Positions 11,191-21,281 of a stretch of 64,000 bases of DNA are shown here, piece by piece; the stretch's first letter is position 1, and each line of letters begins with the position of its first letter. The notes under the pieces are model-generated. The model saw only the letters and a program-made list of their open reading frames with translations, did not search any database and was not told where the DNA came from. The translations under genes and the position numbers were made by a program. The DNA lies in contig CAKOIQ010000003.1 in the NCBI GenBank assembly GCA_934086935.1, positions 5,528-69,527 of the forward strand. Direction: 5' to 3'. Origin of the DNA: an uncultured Bacilli bacterium (GTDB taxonomy: Bacteria > Bacillota_I > Bacilli_A > RF39 > UBA660).

Positions 11191-12980
11191 TCTCTAAAAC
11201 GATCTTTAGGATCTAATGTCTTTTTACGTAATCTAATTACATCAGGAGTGATTTCGACATATTCATCATCTTCAATAAATTCTAGAGCTTCTTCTAATGA
11301 GAATGTTCTAGGAGGTACTAAAGCGATAGCTTCATCACTACTCTTACTTCTTGTATTAGACATTTCTTTATTTTTACATGGATTGACATTTAAATCGTTA
11401 TCTCTATTATTAATACCAACTATCATTCCAACATATACATCAACTGCTGGTCCAATAATTAAGGTTCCTCTTTCTTGTAAGTTAAATAATGAATAGCCTA
11501 AACTCTTACCAGTTTCCATACTTACAAGTACTCCGTTTTTACGACTTTGAACTACACCTGCATATGGTTTGTATCCAGAGAAGCTTCTAATCATTATTCC
11601 TTCACCTTTAGTATCGGTTATAAATGCACTTCTATAGCCGATTAAACCTCTTGTAGGTGCTTCAAATTCTAGGTGAGTATAGTTTTCTTCTGTCTCCATC
11701 TTTTGTAGCATTGCTTTTCTTTCTTGTAATGCATTAATTACTGTACTTGCATAATCACTTGGAGTATTAACAATTACTGTTTCGTATGGTTCACATTTTT
11801 GTCCATCGATTTCTTTAAATAAAACTTGAGGTTTACTTACACATAGTTCATAACCTTGTCTTCTCATGTTTTCAAGTAAAATTGATAAATGAAGTTCACC
11901 TCTACCACTTACTTTAAAGCCATCTGATGATGGTAATTCTTCAACTTCTAAACCAACGTTTGTTTCTAATTCTCTTTGTAAACGTTCTCTTATGTGTCTT
12001 GTTGTTAAGAATTTACCACTTTGTCCAGCGAATGGACCATTGTTAACTAAGAAATTCATTGATAGTGTTGGTTTTTCAATTTCAATTGGAGGTAATGGAT
12101 CAATACAATTTAATTCATTAACTGTATCTCCAATAGATATGTGTGAACAACCTGCTATTGTAACAATATCACCAAAATATGCTTCTTGTTTTTCTACTTT
12201 TTTAATTCCTTCATTAACAAATAATTTAGATATTTTAAAGTTTGTTATTTCACCATTATTTTTAACTAATGAAACTGTTTCGCCATTTTTAATTTTTCCT
12301 TTAGTAATTCTTCCGATACCTAATCTTCCAATATAATCATCATATGATAGGTTTGAAATTTGTAGTTGTAATTTATCATCAACTGATCCTTCATATGGTT
12401 TGCATTGTTTAAGAATTGTTTCTAATAATGGTTCTATTGTTGTACTGTCATCATCTAATGAGTACTTAGCAATTCCTTCTCTTGCTACACCATAGATAAT
12501 TGGGAAATCTAATTGTTCATCTGAAGCGTTTAATTCACAAAATAAATCAAATGTCATATTAACTACTTCTTCAGGTCTTGCATCTTTTTTATCTATTTTA
12601 TTAATAAATAGGATAGGTCTTAAATTATGTTCTAAAGCTTTCTTTAAAACAAATCTAGTTTGAGGCATTGGACCTTCAGCTGAATCTACTAAAAGAATTA
12701 CTGTATCAACTGTCTTAATAACACGTTCAACTTCTGATGAAAAATCTGCATGACCAGGAGTATCTACAATGTTAATTTTATAATCTTTATATCTTATAGC
12801 ACAATTTTTAGAATAGATTGTGATTCCTCTTTCTCTTTCTAAATCATTGCTATCCATTACACAGTCTACAACCGCTTCATTTTCACGAAATGCTCCATTT
12901 TGTTCAAGTAAAGCATCAACAAGAGTACTTTTACCAGCGTCTACGTGAGCAACTACTGCAATATTAATAATTTTATCCAT
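11181..12980 (-). CDS. typA: translational GTPase TypA/BipA
   Basis: 599 aa. G1 AHVDAGKST, G3 DTPGHADF and G4 NKIDK motifs, with EF-G-like domains lacking domain IV. Confidence 0.95.
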   Translation of the reverse strand: MDKIINIAVVAHVDAGKSTLVDALLEQNGAFRENEAVVDCVMDSNDLERERGITIYSKNCAIRYKDYKINIVDTPGHADFSSEVERVIKTVDTVILLVDSAEGPMPQTRFVLKKALEHNLRPILFINKIDKKDARPEEVVNMTFDLFCELNASDEQLDFPIIYGVAREGIAKYSLDDDSTTIEPLLETILKQCKPYEGSVDDKLQLQISNLSYDDYIGRLGIGRITKGKIKNGETVSLVKNNGEITNFKISKLFVNEGIKKVEKQEAYFGDIVTIAGCSHISIGDTVNELNCIDPLPPIEIEKPTLSMNFLVNNGPFAGQSGKFLTTRHIRERLQRELETNVGLEVEELPSSDGFKVSGRGELHLSILLENMRRQGYELCVSKPQVLFKEIDGQKCEPYETVIVNTPSDYASTVINALQERKAMLQKMETEENYTHLEFEAPTRGLIGYRSAFITDTKGEGIMIRSFSGYKPYAGVVQSRKNGVLVSMETGKSLGYSLFNLQERGTLIIGPAVDVYVGMIVGINNRDNDLNVNPCKNKEMSNTRSKSSDEAIALVPPRTFSLEEALEFIEDDEYVEITPDVIRLRKKTLDPKDRFRENR

Positions 12981-13088
12981 ATAACCAACTTCTTTCGAAC
13001 TCGATTAATAATACAACATTTAAAGGATTTTTGCAAGAAAAAGATATTATTTTAAGCACTTTATTGTTATAATTTTCTTGGAGGACTT

Positions 13089-15668
13089 ATGAAAAATGTT
13101 AAAAAACAATTAAAAAAGTTGAACTATTTTTTTAAAAAACATAGTTATATATTAATTACTCTGTTTAGTTCGATGTGTATTATGATTGGTATATTTATTT
13201 TGCAAGATATATCACCATTTGGAAATAAATCGATGCTAACAATTGATTTTTATCATCAATATGGACCGATGCTTGGCGAATTATATGATAGAATTCGAAA
13301 TGGTAGTAATTTATTGTATTCTTTTAATATGGGAATGGGACTTCCTTTTTTTAGAAATTTTTTCAATTATTTGTCTAGTCCTTTTAATATTATAATATTA
13401 TTGTTTAAAAGAAGTCATTTATTAACATCGTATTCAATAATTATAGGCTTTAAAGCAATTTGTTCATGTGTTACTATGAGTATTTTACTTAAAAATAAAT
13501 TTAATAAAGAATATAAGATGTTTATTCCACTTTCTTTATTATATGGATTCTGTGCATATTTTATTGCATATTATTGGAATATAATGTGGTTAGATGGAAT
13601 TGTGTTGCTTCCTCTTATTATTCTTGGAATTGAATACATTATTGATAAAGAGAAGCCTGTTTTATATATTATTAGTTTAGTTACTATGTTATTTGCAAAT
13701 TATTTTATTGCTTATATGATATGTATTTTTAGCGTTTTATATTTTTTAACATATTTATTTATTAAAACTAATAAATTTGAATTTAAAAAAATCGGAAAGA
13801 AATGTTTGATTTTTGGCTTAGCTTCACTTATCGCTGGGGGAATATGTGCTGTTTTCTTAATTCCAATGTTTAAAGCAATGTCTGGTATTAGTGCTACTGG
13901 AGATGTTTGGCCTTCTTCACAATATTATGACTTTACTGCGATTGAATTCATATTTAATCATTTAAGTGGCGTTGGCAGTACCGTTTTAAAATCTGGAGTT
14001 ACTACTGCGCCTAATGTGTCTTGTGGAATATTATCTGTGATGCTACTATTTGCTTTTTATTTTAATTCTGATATTAAAATTAAGGTTAAATTTGCCTATA
14101 CTTTATTATTATTAATTATCATTTTAAGTTTTGTATTAGCTCCTTTAGATTATATATGGCATGCTTTTCATGTACCAAATGATTTACCTTATAGATATTC
14201 ATTTTTATATAGTTTTGTACTTATAATAATTGGAGCATATTCTTTATATAAGATTAAAGGTTTGAAGCCTATTTATGGTTATATTTGTTATATTATAACA
14301 TTAATATTTATTTCTTTGGTTTGGTTTGTACCATTTAAAAATATATCTAGGGATATGATTTATTTGAATTATGGACTTAGTACAATATTTTTCTTGTCAT
14401 ATATTATTTATTTACATTTTAATTCCTATAAAAGGATAATTCCATACATTTGTATAATTACTGTTGTGTTAGAAGCATGTGTAAGTTTAAATAATAATTG
14501 GGATATGACACAAACAATAAGTGATTTTTATAATGATTATAATGTTATGGAAAAAGGTATTAATTTTATAAAAGAAAACGATTCAGAAATGCATAGAATT
14601 GAAAGAGTTAATTTACAAACGTTTAATGATCCATCTTGGTATAATTATTATGGACAAATGACTTTTAGTTCTATGGCTTATGAAAATATGGCTGTAATTA
14701 ATCATGCCTTAGGAATGCCAGGAAATGAAATTAATAGTTACTATTATCAGGTAAATACACCTATTTATGACATGATATTTAATATTAAATATATAATTGG
14801 CAATGTTAATGATTCTACTCATTATTCTTTATATTATGATAGTGATGATTTAACAATATATAATAATAAATACAACGTTGGATTAATGTTTGGTGTAAAT
14901 AGTGATATAAAAAATTGGAATACAAATTATGAAAATCCTTTTAATAATCAGAATGATTTTATATTAAAAAGTTCTGGAATAGATAATACTTTTAAAGAAT
15001 TAAGTGTATATAAAAAAGAATTATATTATGAAGATGATGTTCATAAAATATTTAAATATACTGTTAATAATGATAGTAATAACTTTTATTTATACTACAA
15101 TAATTATTTATGTGATGTTTTAATTGTTGACGGTGTTATGTATTATAACGATAATGATCATGATTACGTTTATGACAGTGACTTAACAATATATAGTAAT
15201 TCTTCTTATAATGAAAATCATATTATCTATTCTTTAGGAGAAAATAATAGTTTAACATTTTATGTTGGCTATTCTAATTATTATGATGATGAAGATATTT
15301 GGATTTATAGTATTAATGAGAATAACTTAAATGAAGTGTATGCATATTATCTTAATAATAAAGTTAGTATTGAAAAATTTGATGAAAATGTAATAAAAGC
15401 TTATTGTAATTTTGATGAAAGTAAAAGTGTTTTTACATCAATTCCTTATGATAAAGGATGGAATGTTTATGTTGATGGTAAAAAAGTTAATACATATGAA
15501 ATTAATAATACTTTGTTAGGTTTTGATGTTGATAAAGGTTCTCATAATATTACAATTAAATATACAATTCCATATATCTGGATTGGTGGTAGTATTTCTT
15601 TATTATCACTTTCATTATTTTGTTTTTGGATTTATATAAGTAAAAAAAGTTTAAAAATTAAATTTTAA
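13089..15668 (+). CDS. YfhO-family polytopic membrane protein (glycosyl transfer to teichoic-acid-type polymers)
   Basis: 859 aa with more than 10 TM helices, then a large extracytoplasmic domain and a terminal TM. The N-terminal DFYHQYGPMLGELYDRI...LYSFNMGMG pattern is typical of YfhO. Confidence 0.75.
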   Translation: MKNVKKQLKKLNYFFKKHSYILITLFSSMCIMIGIFILQDISPFGNKSMLTIDFYHQYGPMLGELYDRIRNGSNLLYSFNMGMGLPFFRNFFNYLSSPFNIIILLFKRSHLLTSYSIIIGFKAICSCVTMSILLKNKFNKEYKMFIPLSLLYGFCAYFIAYYWNIMWLDGIVLLPLIILGIEYIIDKEKPVLYIISLVTMLFANYFIAYMICIFSVLYFLTYLFIKTNKFEFKKIGKKCLIFGLASLIAGGICAVFLIPMFKAMSGISATGDVWPSSQYYDFTAIEFIFNHLSGVGSTVLKSGVTTAPNVSCGILSVMLLFAFYFNSDIKIKVKFAYTLLLLIIILSFVLAPLDYIWHAFHVPNDLPYRYSFLYSFVLIIIGAYSLYKIKGLKPIYGYICYIITLIFISLVWFVPFKNISRDMIYLNYGLSTIFFLSYIIYLHFNSYKRIIPYICIITVVLEACVSLNNNWDMTQTISDFYNDYNVMEKGINFIKENDSEMHRIERVNLQTFNDPSWYNYYGQMTFSSMAYENMAVINHALGMPGNEINSYYYQVNTPIYDMIFNIKYIIGNVNDSTHYSLYYDSDDLTIYNNKYNVGLMFGVNSDIKNWNTNYENPFNNQNDFILKSSGIDNTFKELSVYKKELYYEDDVHKIFKYTVNNDSNNFYLYYNNYLCDVLIVDGVMYYNDNDHDYVYDSDLTIYSNSSYNENHIIYSLGENNSLTFYVGYSNYYDDEDIWIYSINENNLNEVYAYYLNNKVSIEKFDENVIKAYCNFDESKSVFTSIPYDKGWNVYVDGKKVNTYEINNTLLGFDVDKGSHNITIKYTIPYIWIGGSISLLSLSLFCFWIYISKKSLKIKF

Positions 15669-16609
15669 ACTTTTTTATTTATAAAAATTTTATCAATATT
15701 CTTTTTAGGTATCATTATTTTAACGTTTCTGACATTGGAGATTTCATAGTTTAGAACTGCTCTATCTAGTTTTTCACCATCAATACACCAGGCTTTTTTA
15801 GGATAGTCTGCAAATTTTATTTGGAGATGGTTAGTTTTATAGAATTCGACTCCAGAAATTTTTTCGACGTCTGTTGTCATTAAAATTGTAAATGTTCTTA
15901 TTATGTCAACACGTCTTTTAAAATTGCAAAATAAAACTTCAAATTGATTATCATCTAGCTTTACATCTTTATAAAAGTTATTAATACCAGCAATTCTATT
16001 AGCATTTGAAATTAGCATGAATGAATATAATCCTCTTTTTTCAATGCCATTTACTTTATAAGTAATATCATACATTTTGGTAGGATTAAAGAAGTCTTTT
16101 ACTCCTTCTAGAAGATAAGCCATATAGCCATATTTTTTCTTTAATTTTCGTGGAGTATTGTATGGTATTTGCATAAATTTGCCAAAGCCGGCTACATAAA
16201 CAAATGGCCTTCCATTAATTATGCATATATCCATTCCTTTAATTGTTCCATCCAATAACAATTTTAAATTCTTTTTGATATCTTTGCCATAACCAAACAT
16301 TACACCTACATCGTTTGTGGTACCTACTGGAATATGTGCAAGAATTAAAGGTTTTTTCCTTTCTAAATTACCGGACATAACTTCATTAAATGTTCCGTCT
16401 CCACCCATTGAAATTACTAAATCTGTTGGTTCTAAATGATTAACAATTTCTTTGGCATGTCCACCATACTCTGTTCCGATAAATTTTGGATTATAACCAT
16501 TTTTTAATAAAATCTTTTTATATTCTTTTAAATATTTGGTTTTGAATACATGTCCGCTATTAGGGTTGTAAATTATTGTACAGTTTTTCATTTTTTTCAC
16601 CAATTTCAT
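15665..16609 (-). CDS. dagK: diacylglycerol/lipid kinase (DagK/YegS family)
   Basis: 314 aa. IYNP.SG ... GGDGTFNEV ... P.GT.ND motifs. Confidence 0.85.
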   Translation of the reverse strand: MKLVKKMKNCTIIYNPNSGHVFKTKYLKEYKKILLKNGYNPKFIGTEYGGHAKEIVNHLEPTDLVISMGGDGTFNEVMSGNLERKKPLILAHIPVGTTNDVGVMFGYGKDIKKNLKLLLDGTIKGMDICIINGRPFVYVAGFGKFMQIPYNTPRKLKKKYGYMAYLLEGVKDFFNPTKMYDITYKVNGIEKRGLYSFMLISNANRIAGINNFYKDVKLDDNQFEVLFCNFKRRVDIIRTFTILMTTDVEKISGVEFYKTNHLQIKFADYPKKAWCIDGEKLDRAVLNYEISNVRNVKIMIPKKNIDKIFINKKV

Positions 16610-16791
16610 TATATCTATGGTTATTTATAATGTCAATTTTTATAAATATAAAATCGAAAAAATTTGTTTTATTGTGGTTTTATGTTAAAAAGATTCATAC
16701 ATATTTTGATTATCAGAAAATACAAATTTACTTTACCACAAAGATTTTTTGATAAATATTTGTTATTATGTATACTAGTGGGAGGTATTTT

Positions 16792-17034
16792 ATGACTAAA
16801 TATTATTATACCTGTGAAGATGACAAGAAACTTATTGAAAGATCATTTCGTAATATTGCTTATGTTATTTTTGGAAAGAAAAAAGCCGATAAGATTATAA
16901 CTTTCAGGGAATTTTGGGAACAGATGGTTTCAAATGTAAACGTTTTTCCACAAGATATTTTGCATGATAGAATTAACCATAAAAATCCTGAAATATGTAG
17001 ATTTGATGATAAAATCCAAAAAATTATAATTTAA
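16792..17034 (+). CDS. small hypothetical protein (possibly the 5' part of a split gene)
   Basis: ATG at 16792 is preceded by GGGAGG. There is no recognisable domain. Coding-looking sequence continues in another frame to 17159 (see findings). Confidence 0.4.
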   Translation: MTKYYYTCEDDKKLIERSFRNIAYVIFGKKKADKIITFREFWEQMVSNVNVFPQDILHDRINHKNPEICRFDDKIQKIII

Positions 17035-17165
17035 ATACAGCAAATCAAATTTTTGGTAATTTTAATAGAATATGGAATTTAATGCAAAAGGAATATGGCG
17101 CATATTTTTCACAAGGAGATATTGATGGTATAGCAAGGCGTGCTGGTAAAAATATATAAGTTTTA

Positions 17166-17208
17166 AAGGATGATTACATATAATTTTTTTGTAGTCATCT
17201 TTTTCTTT
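17166..17208 (+). terminator. rho-independent terminator
   Basis: A 12-bp stem (AAGGATGATTAC / GTAGTCATCTTT, two G-U pairs) followed by TTTTCTTT. It lies after the second reading-frame segment rather than after the 17034 stop. Confidence 0.55.
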
Positions 17209-17356
17209 ATATATATTAGACAGTACTTTCAATCTTGATATAATTTTTATGTAATTGTTACTTCCAGAATGTAATAGGTATGGAAATTTTGATATATAAC
17301 ATATTTTTTAGCATGAGGTTATAATAGAATTTCTAAGTAAAAGCGTAGGATTAGAT

Positions 17357-17388
17357 AAACAAAAAATCACCTCTTATTGAGATGATTT
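17357..17388 (-). terminator. terminator downstream of tRNA-Cys
   Basis: Minus strand AAATCATCTC-AATAA-GAGGTGATTT followed by TTTTGTTT. Confidence 0.6.
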
Positions 17389-17427
17389 CTATCATAAATG
17401 TTCGAATAGTTCGAACAAATTTGTCAA

Positions 17428-17501
17428 TGGAGGGGCCTACCGGATTTGAACCGGTGCTCAGGGAGTTGCAGTCCCTTGCCTTACCGCTTGGCTAAAGCCC
17501 C
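17428..17501 (-). tRNA. tRNA-Cys (GCA)
   Basis: Minus strand GGGGCTTTAGCCAAGCGGTAAGGCAAGGGACTGCAACTCCCTGAGCACCGGTTCAAATCCGGTAGGCCCCTCCA. It has a 7-bp acceptor stem, anticodon loop CT-GCA-AC, T-arm GGTTCAAATCC, discriminator U and an encoded CCA. Confidence 0.93.
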
Positions 17502-17522
17502 ATAACAACACTTGCAAATATT

Positions 17523-17551
17523 ATTTTACATTATAATTTATTTAATGTCAA
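17523..17551 (-). promoter_or_regulatory. candidate sigma-A promoter for tRNA-Cys
   Basis: Minus strand TTGACA, 17 nt, TAAAAT, about 20 nt upstream of the tRNA 5' end. Confidence 0.4.
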
Positions 17552-17610
17552 TTATTCTAAATCACTTGATTATTCTTTTTTTATATCACATTATATAATA
17601 TGTCATATAG

Positions 17611-17642
17611 TAAAGAAAAAATAACTCTTATGAGTTATTTTG
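17611..17642 (-). terminator. terminator at the end of the 537-aa membrane protein gene
   Basis: Minus strand AAAATAACTC-ATAA-GAGTTATTTT followed by TTCTTT. The stop codon is in the loop. Confidence 0.5.
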
Positions 17643-19241
17643 ATTAATTAAATATCTGTTTTCTCTAGATTTAATTTCTAAATTATAAGTAGCTAAATTG
17701 TTAATATGATTTGTAACTTCAAGTAGTATTACATTATCTTGACTTGGAATATTAATAGCATTAACAGGTGAACTAATATTATTAGACGCTTTAGCGTAAT
17801 TTACATAAACAAATCTATCAAAAAATCCTTTAGCTGATTCAGTTTTAGATAGTGTATTATATAGATTTGTACTAGAATCAAGAGTTAATTTGTAATCTAT
17901 AATTAAAAATACTTGATTTAACGAATTTGTTGGTGTTAAAAAATCGTATTTAGTTATACAGTTTTCACCATTATTATCACATGATTCGTATGAATATTCA
18001 TAAGATGTTGCCTTTTTTACTGAATTTATTTTAATTGTAGTATTTCCATATAAATTATTACCCAAAATTAAATCTTTATTTAATGATGTTGAAGTATCGG
18101 CAGGTTTAGTTAATAATTTTTCCGGTTTAATTTTGACATTTTTAAATATTTTTTCTAAATTATTATTTTTTATTTTTGAAGTATCATATACTTTCAAATT
18201 ATATCTTAATGATTTTTGTGATTTAGGAACCTCGTAAACCAATAAATATTTGTTTTCTTTATTATCTATTGGATCTCCTTTATAGGTTACCCCTAAATCT
18301 GAAAAAGAGTAAGATAATGATGTTTTATATTTAACTGTATTACCATCTTTTAATTTCATATAGAAATTTTCTGGATACAAAATTTCACTATTAGATGATG
18401 TTGAAGAAATAGTCATATCGAGAATTAAATAATATTTATCTTCATGAATTACTTTTAAAGAATAATCCATATCTGTTAAGTATGCTTTATTTATTTTATA
18501 TGTAAATGAGTCGGTTTTAATTGTACTTCCTACTTTATACGTTTTATTGGTAAAATTTACATTTATAATTATTACAATAATAAGTATAAATGATAATGTA
18601 CCAACAATTATTGATACAAAAAATTTATTTTCTAAAATATAATATTTTAATTCTCTTAATATTCTTCTTAATTTTCTTTTATATTTATATGTATCAGTTC
18701 CAACAACAAATTCAAACTCTTCGTTATCTTCGCTTTTTATTTCTAGTTCTTCTAAATCTTTACTAAAATTAAACTTTTTGATATCAAAACCAATACCTCT
18801 AATTAAACTTATGATTATAAAATAAACATTGGGTACAAGTAATAAAGTATATATATCTCTTAAAGCTCTTGATTCTTGTTGAGTTAATGTTGAAAAGTAT
18901 AAATTGTTGATAATGTTATGTGCGACACATACTCCTATGAATAATAAAGTATAATATATAATTAATGATAAATAGAATGAATTTGGTTTGTGCTTTTTTC
19001 TCATTAGCATGTACATTATTATACCGAATACAATTACTATTAAAATTGCAAAGAATAATATAAATGATATATAATTGTGAGCTGCATTTTCCGGGACAAT
19101 TAAACTTGATTTATTATAAGAAATAAAAAAATCAAGAATCTTATTAAAATTGTGTGTGATATAGCTAATAACTAATAACAAAATTAAATGTATTAATTTA
19201 AAATGTTTAATTAAAAAAGCATATGGTTTTTTTAATATCAT
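17628..19241 (-). CDS. polytopic membrane protein with a large beta-rich extracellular region (DUF4352-like?)
   Basis: 537 aa. About 4 N-terminal TM helices, a charged linker, a further TM, then two beta-strand-rich repeats (..YYLILDMTISSTS.. / ..FLIIDYKLTLDSS..). No confident family assignment. Confidence 0.55.
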   Translation of the reverse strand: MILKKPYAFLIKHFKLIHLILLLVISYITHNFNKILDFFISYNKSSLIVPENAAHNYISFILFFAILIVIVFGIIMYMLMRKKHKPNSFYLSLIIYYTLLFIGVCVAHNIINNLYFSTLTQQESRALRDIYTLLLVPNVYFIIISLIRGIGFDIKKFNFSKDLEELEIKSEDNEEFEFVVGTDTYKYKRKLRRILRELKYYILENKFFVSIIVGTLSFILIIVIIINVNFTNKTYKVGSTIKTDSFTYKINKAYLTDMDYSLKVIHEDKYYLILDMTISSTSSNSEILYPENFYMKLKDGNTVKYKTSLSYSFSDLGVTYKGDPIDNKENKYLLVYEVPKSQKSLRYNLKVYDTSKIKNNNLEKIFKNVKIKPEKLLTKPADTSTSLNKDLILGNNLYGNTTIKINSVKKATSYEYSYESCDNNGENCITKYDFLTPTNSLNQVFLIIDYKLTLDSSTNLYNTLSKTESAKGFFDRFVYVNYAKASNNISSPVNAINIPSQDNVILLEVTNHINNLATYNLEIKSRENRYLINQNNS

Positions 19242-19294
19242 ACTAACACCCTATTCTTCTACCATTATATCATAAAAAAAATAAAATAAACGTA

Positions 19295-19639
19295 TTAGTT
19301 TATTTTATTAACAATTAATTGTCCTTCTTGTAGATAGATTGTGTCATTATATTTTAAAAGATTAGATATACTAGAATTAAATGTATCACTAACTGTTTTT
19401 AAAGTATCTCCTTCTTTTGTAATATAATAGGCAAAATCTTTTTTGGGAATCATTATTGTTTGTTCTGGATATATGTAATCAGTCGAATTTAATCCATTTA
19501 ATAAAGCCAATAAAGTAGGATTAACTTTGTATTCTCTCGCTATTTGGTAAATAGTGTCTCCTTTTTTTATTGTATAATAATTGAAATATTCATTTTCTCT
19601 TAATTCTGTTTCTTTATTGATATTGTACATGTTAAACAT
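19295..19639 (-). CDS. double LysM-domain peptidoglycan-binding protein
   Basis: 114 aa with two LysM repeats: YYTIKKGDTIYQIAREYKVNPTLLALLNGL...IYPEQTIMIP and YYITKEGDTLKTVSDTFNSSISNLLKYND..LQEGQLIV. Confidence 0.8.
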   Translation of the reverse strand: MFNMYNINKETELRENEYFNYYTIKKGDTIYQIAREYKVNPTLLALLNGLNSTDYIYPEQTIMIPKKDFAYYITKEGDTLKTVSDTFNSSISNLLKYNDTIYLQEGQLIVNKIN

Positions 19640-19681
19640 TTTATCACTCCTAATATAAGATATTCACATTAGGCTTTTTTG

Positions 19682-20779
19682 TTAATCAAAAATAAATATT
19701 TGATTTATATAATTAAACTTCCATTCTTTATATTCTAGAAGTAATTGTTCGCCACGTTCACTATAACAATATAATTTAGTCCCAACAAGATAGTAAATTC
19801 TATTATTATTATATGAAATTATTGCCGTGATTTTTTGATTACTTACTTTTATAAGTTTATCATCTATTACTTGATATAAAATATCATCAATTATTTTATA
19901 TGTATAACTCTCGTAATAATTAAATGTCATGTCTTTATTTATTACATCTTTTATGTTTTTTTGAATCCATTCTTTGTATTCATAGAAATCTATTTTATCA
20001 TTTTTTATTTTTACCTTTTTTAAATTAAATTTCTTTAGATTTATAAAGTATTCTGTTTTATTTTTTTTATCTATAAAATATAACTTATTCTTTACTACAC
20101 CTAAATATAAAAGATCATAGGAAATCTCATAGTCAAAATTTATATCATTTAACAATTGTTTTTCAGTGTCAAAAATATATATTTTATTAAAATAATATTT
20201 TGAATCATAATCTGGAACTATTAAATAATTTTCTGCTTGATATGTATTTATAGTTGAATAATTTTCTTTTTCAAATAGTCTTAGTTCTTCAAAGCTGGTA
20301 CCATTTATATTTATGTATCCTTTATAATTCCATATTACATAATTGTGGTTATTATTATATATGTTTATTTTTTCATAATCATCCACTATTTTTTCTTCCC
20401 TCATGGGTAAAAAATTGTTTTTATATAATTCTTTATTTATTAGATGATAATCTTTTAAACCATTTTTATCACTACATAGAGTTTGGTTTTCATTTTTACT
20501 ATAAATCATTAAGCATGTATCATTGTCATCTTCGATAATTTTTATGCTTTGGATAAGTTTTCTTTTTTTAGAGTATTTAGTTTGAATTACCATCGGGTAC
20601 TCTATACCTTTATATTTTAATATGAAATGATAATCATTAGTTGTTTTTTGATACTTTTCCAGAATTTCAATATCTTTAATTTTATATTCAATTTGATAAT
20701 TTTTAGGAGAATTTGTTAATATCAAAAAAGTAATAATAAGAGACAAAAACAAGAATAAAACAAAATATAATTTTTTCAT
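19682..20779 (-). CDS. hypothetical secreted or membrane-anchored protein
   Basis: 365 aa with an N-terminal hydrophobic anchor (MKKLYFVLFLFLSLIITFLIL). The remainder is Y/N/K-rich and beta-rich. No recognised motif. Confidence 0.5.
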   Translation of the reverse strand: MKKLYFVLFLFLSLIITFLILTNSPKNYQIEYKIKDIEILEKYQKTTNDYHFILKYKGIEYPMVIQTKYSKKRKLIQSIKIIEDDNDTCLMIYSKNENQTLCSDKNGLKDYHLINKELYKNNFLPMREEKIVDDYEKINIYNNNHNYVIWNYKGYININGTSFEELRLFEKENYSTINTYQAENYLIVPDYDSKYYFNKIYIFDTEKQLLNDINFDYEISYDLLYLGVVKNKLYFIDKKNKTEYFINLKKFNLKKVKIKNDKIDFYEYKEWIQKNIKDVINKDMTFNYYESYTYKIIDDILYQVIDDKLIKVSNQKITAIISYNNNRIYYLVGTKLYCYSERGEQLLLEYKEWKFNYINQIFIFD

Positions 20780-20823
20780 TTAATCACTACCTTTTAAAAA
20801 AAGAATTCGCTAAGAATTCTTTT

Positions 20824-21267
20824 TTACTTTTTATCTGTTTTAGAATAGAATTTCTTTTTAGCTTCTATCATAAAAGAGGATATATTTATTTGTATTTCAC
20901 TCAACGCCTTTTTTGAAACATTTGAAAATACAATTGTTTCTTTCATAGTATCTATCGTTATTGCTCCCCAAAAAATTCCTGAATATACTTGCATGTCATT
21001 ATATAAATCTGGAGTTATTGAATTCAGTTTATAACCAAATAATATACGGTCTTGAGCAATTAAAATACGATCTGTTGTTAAAGCTAAAACTGCTGTGTCG
21101 AAAATTGCATCGTGACTGCTATTATTTTGAGCAGCAAAGGCAAATAATACTTTTTCGTTTGGATTTAAGTTATTATCAACTATTGCGCAATGCTTTTTGA
21201 TTCTCCAACAAACTGTACTTTTATATTTTTTTTTAAACTCTTTTACTAGTTCATATGTAGAAGCCAT
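20824..21267 (-). CDS. bacterial PH-domain (YokE-like) protein
   Basis: 147 aa. Pattern ...EKVLFAFAAQ....DTAVLALTTDRILIAQ.....GYKLNSI resembles bacterial pleckstrin-homology (YokE-like) domains. Assignment is by pattern only. Confidence 0.45.
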   Translation of the reverse strand: MASTYELVKEFKKKYKSTVCWRIKKHCAIVDNNLNPNEKVLFAFAAQNNSSHDAIFDTAVLALTTDRILIAQDRILFGYKLNSITPDLYNDMQVYSGIFWGAITIDTMKETIVFSNVSKKALSEIQINISSFMIEAKKKFYSKTDKK

Positions 21268-21281
21268 TTTAATAATCCTTT

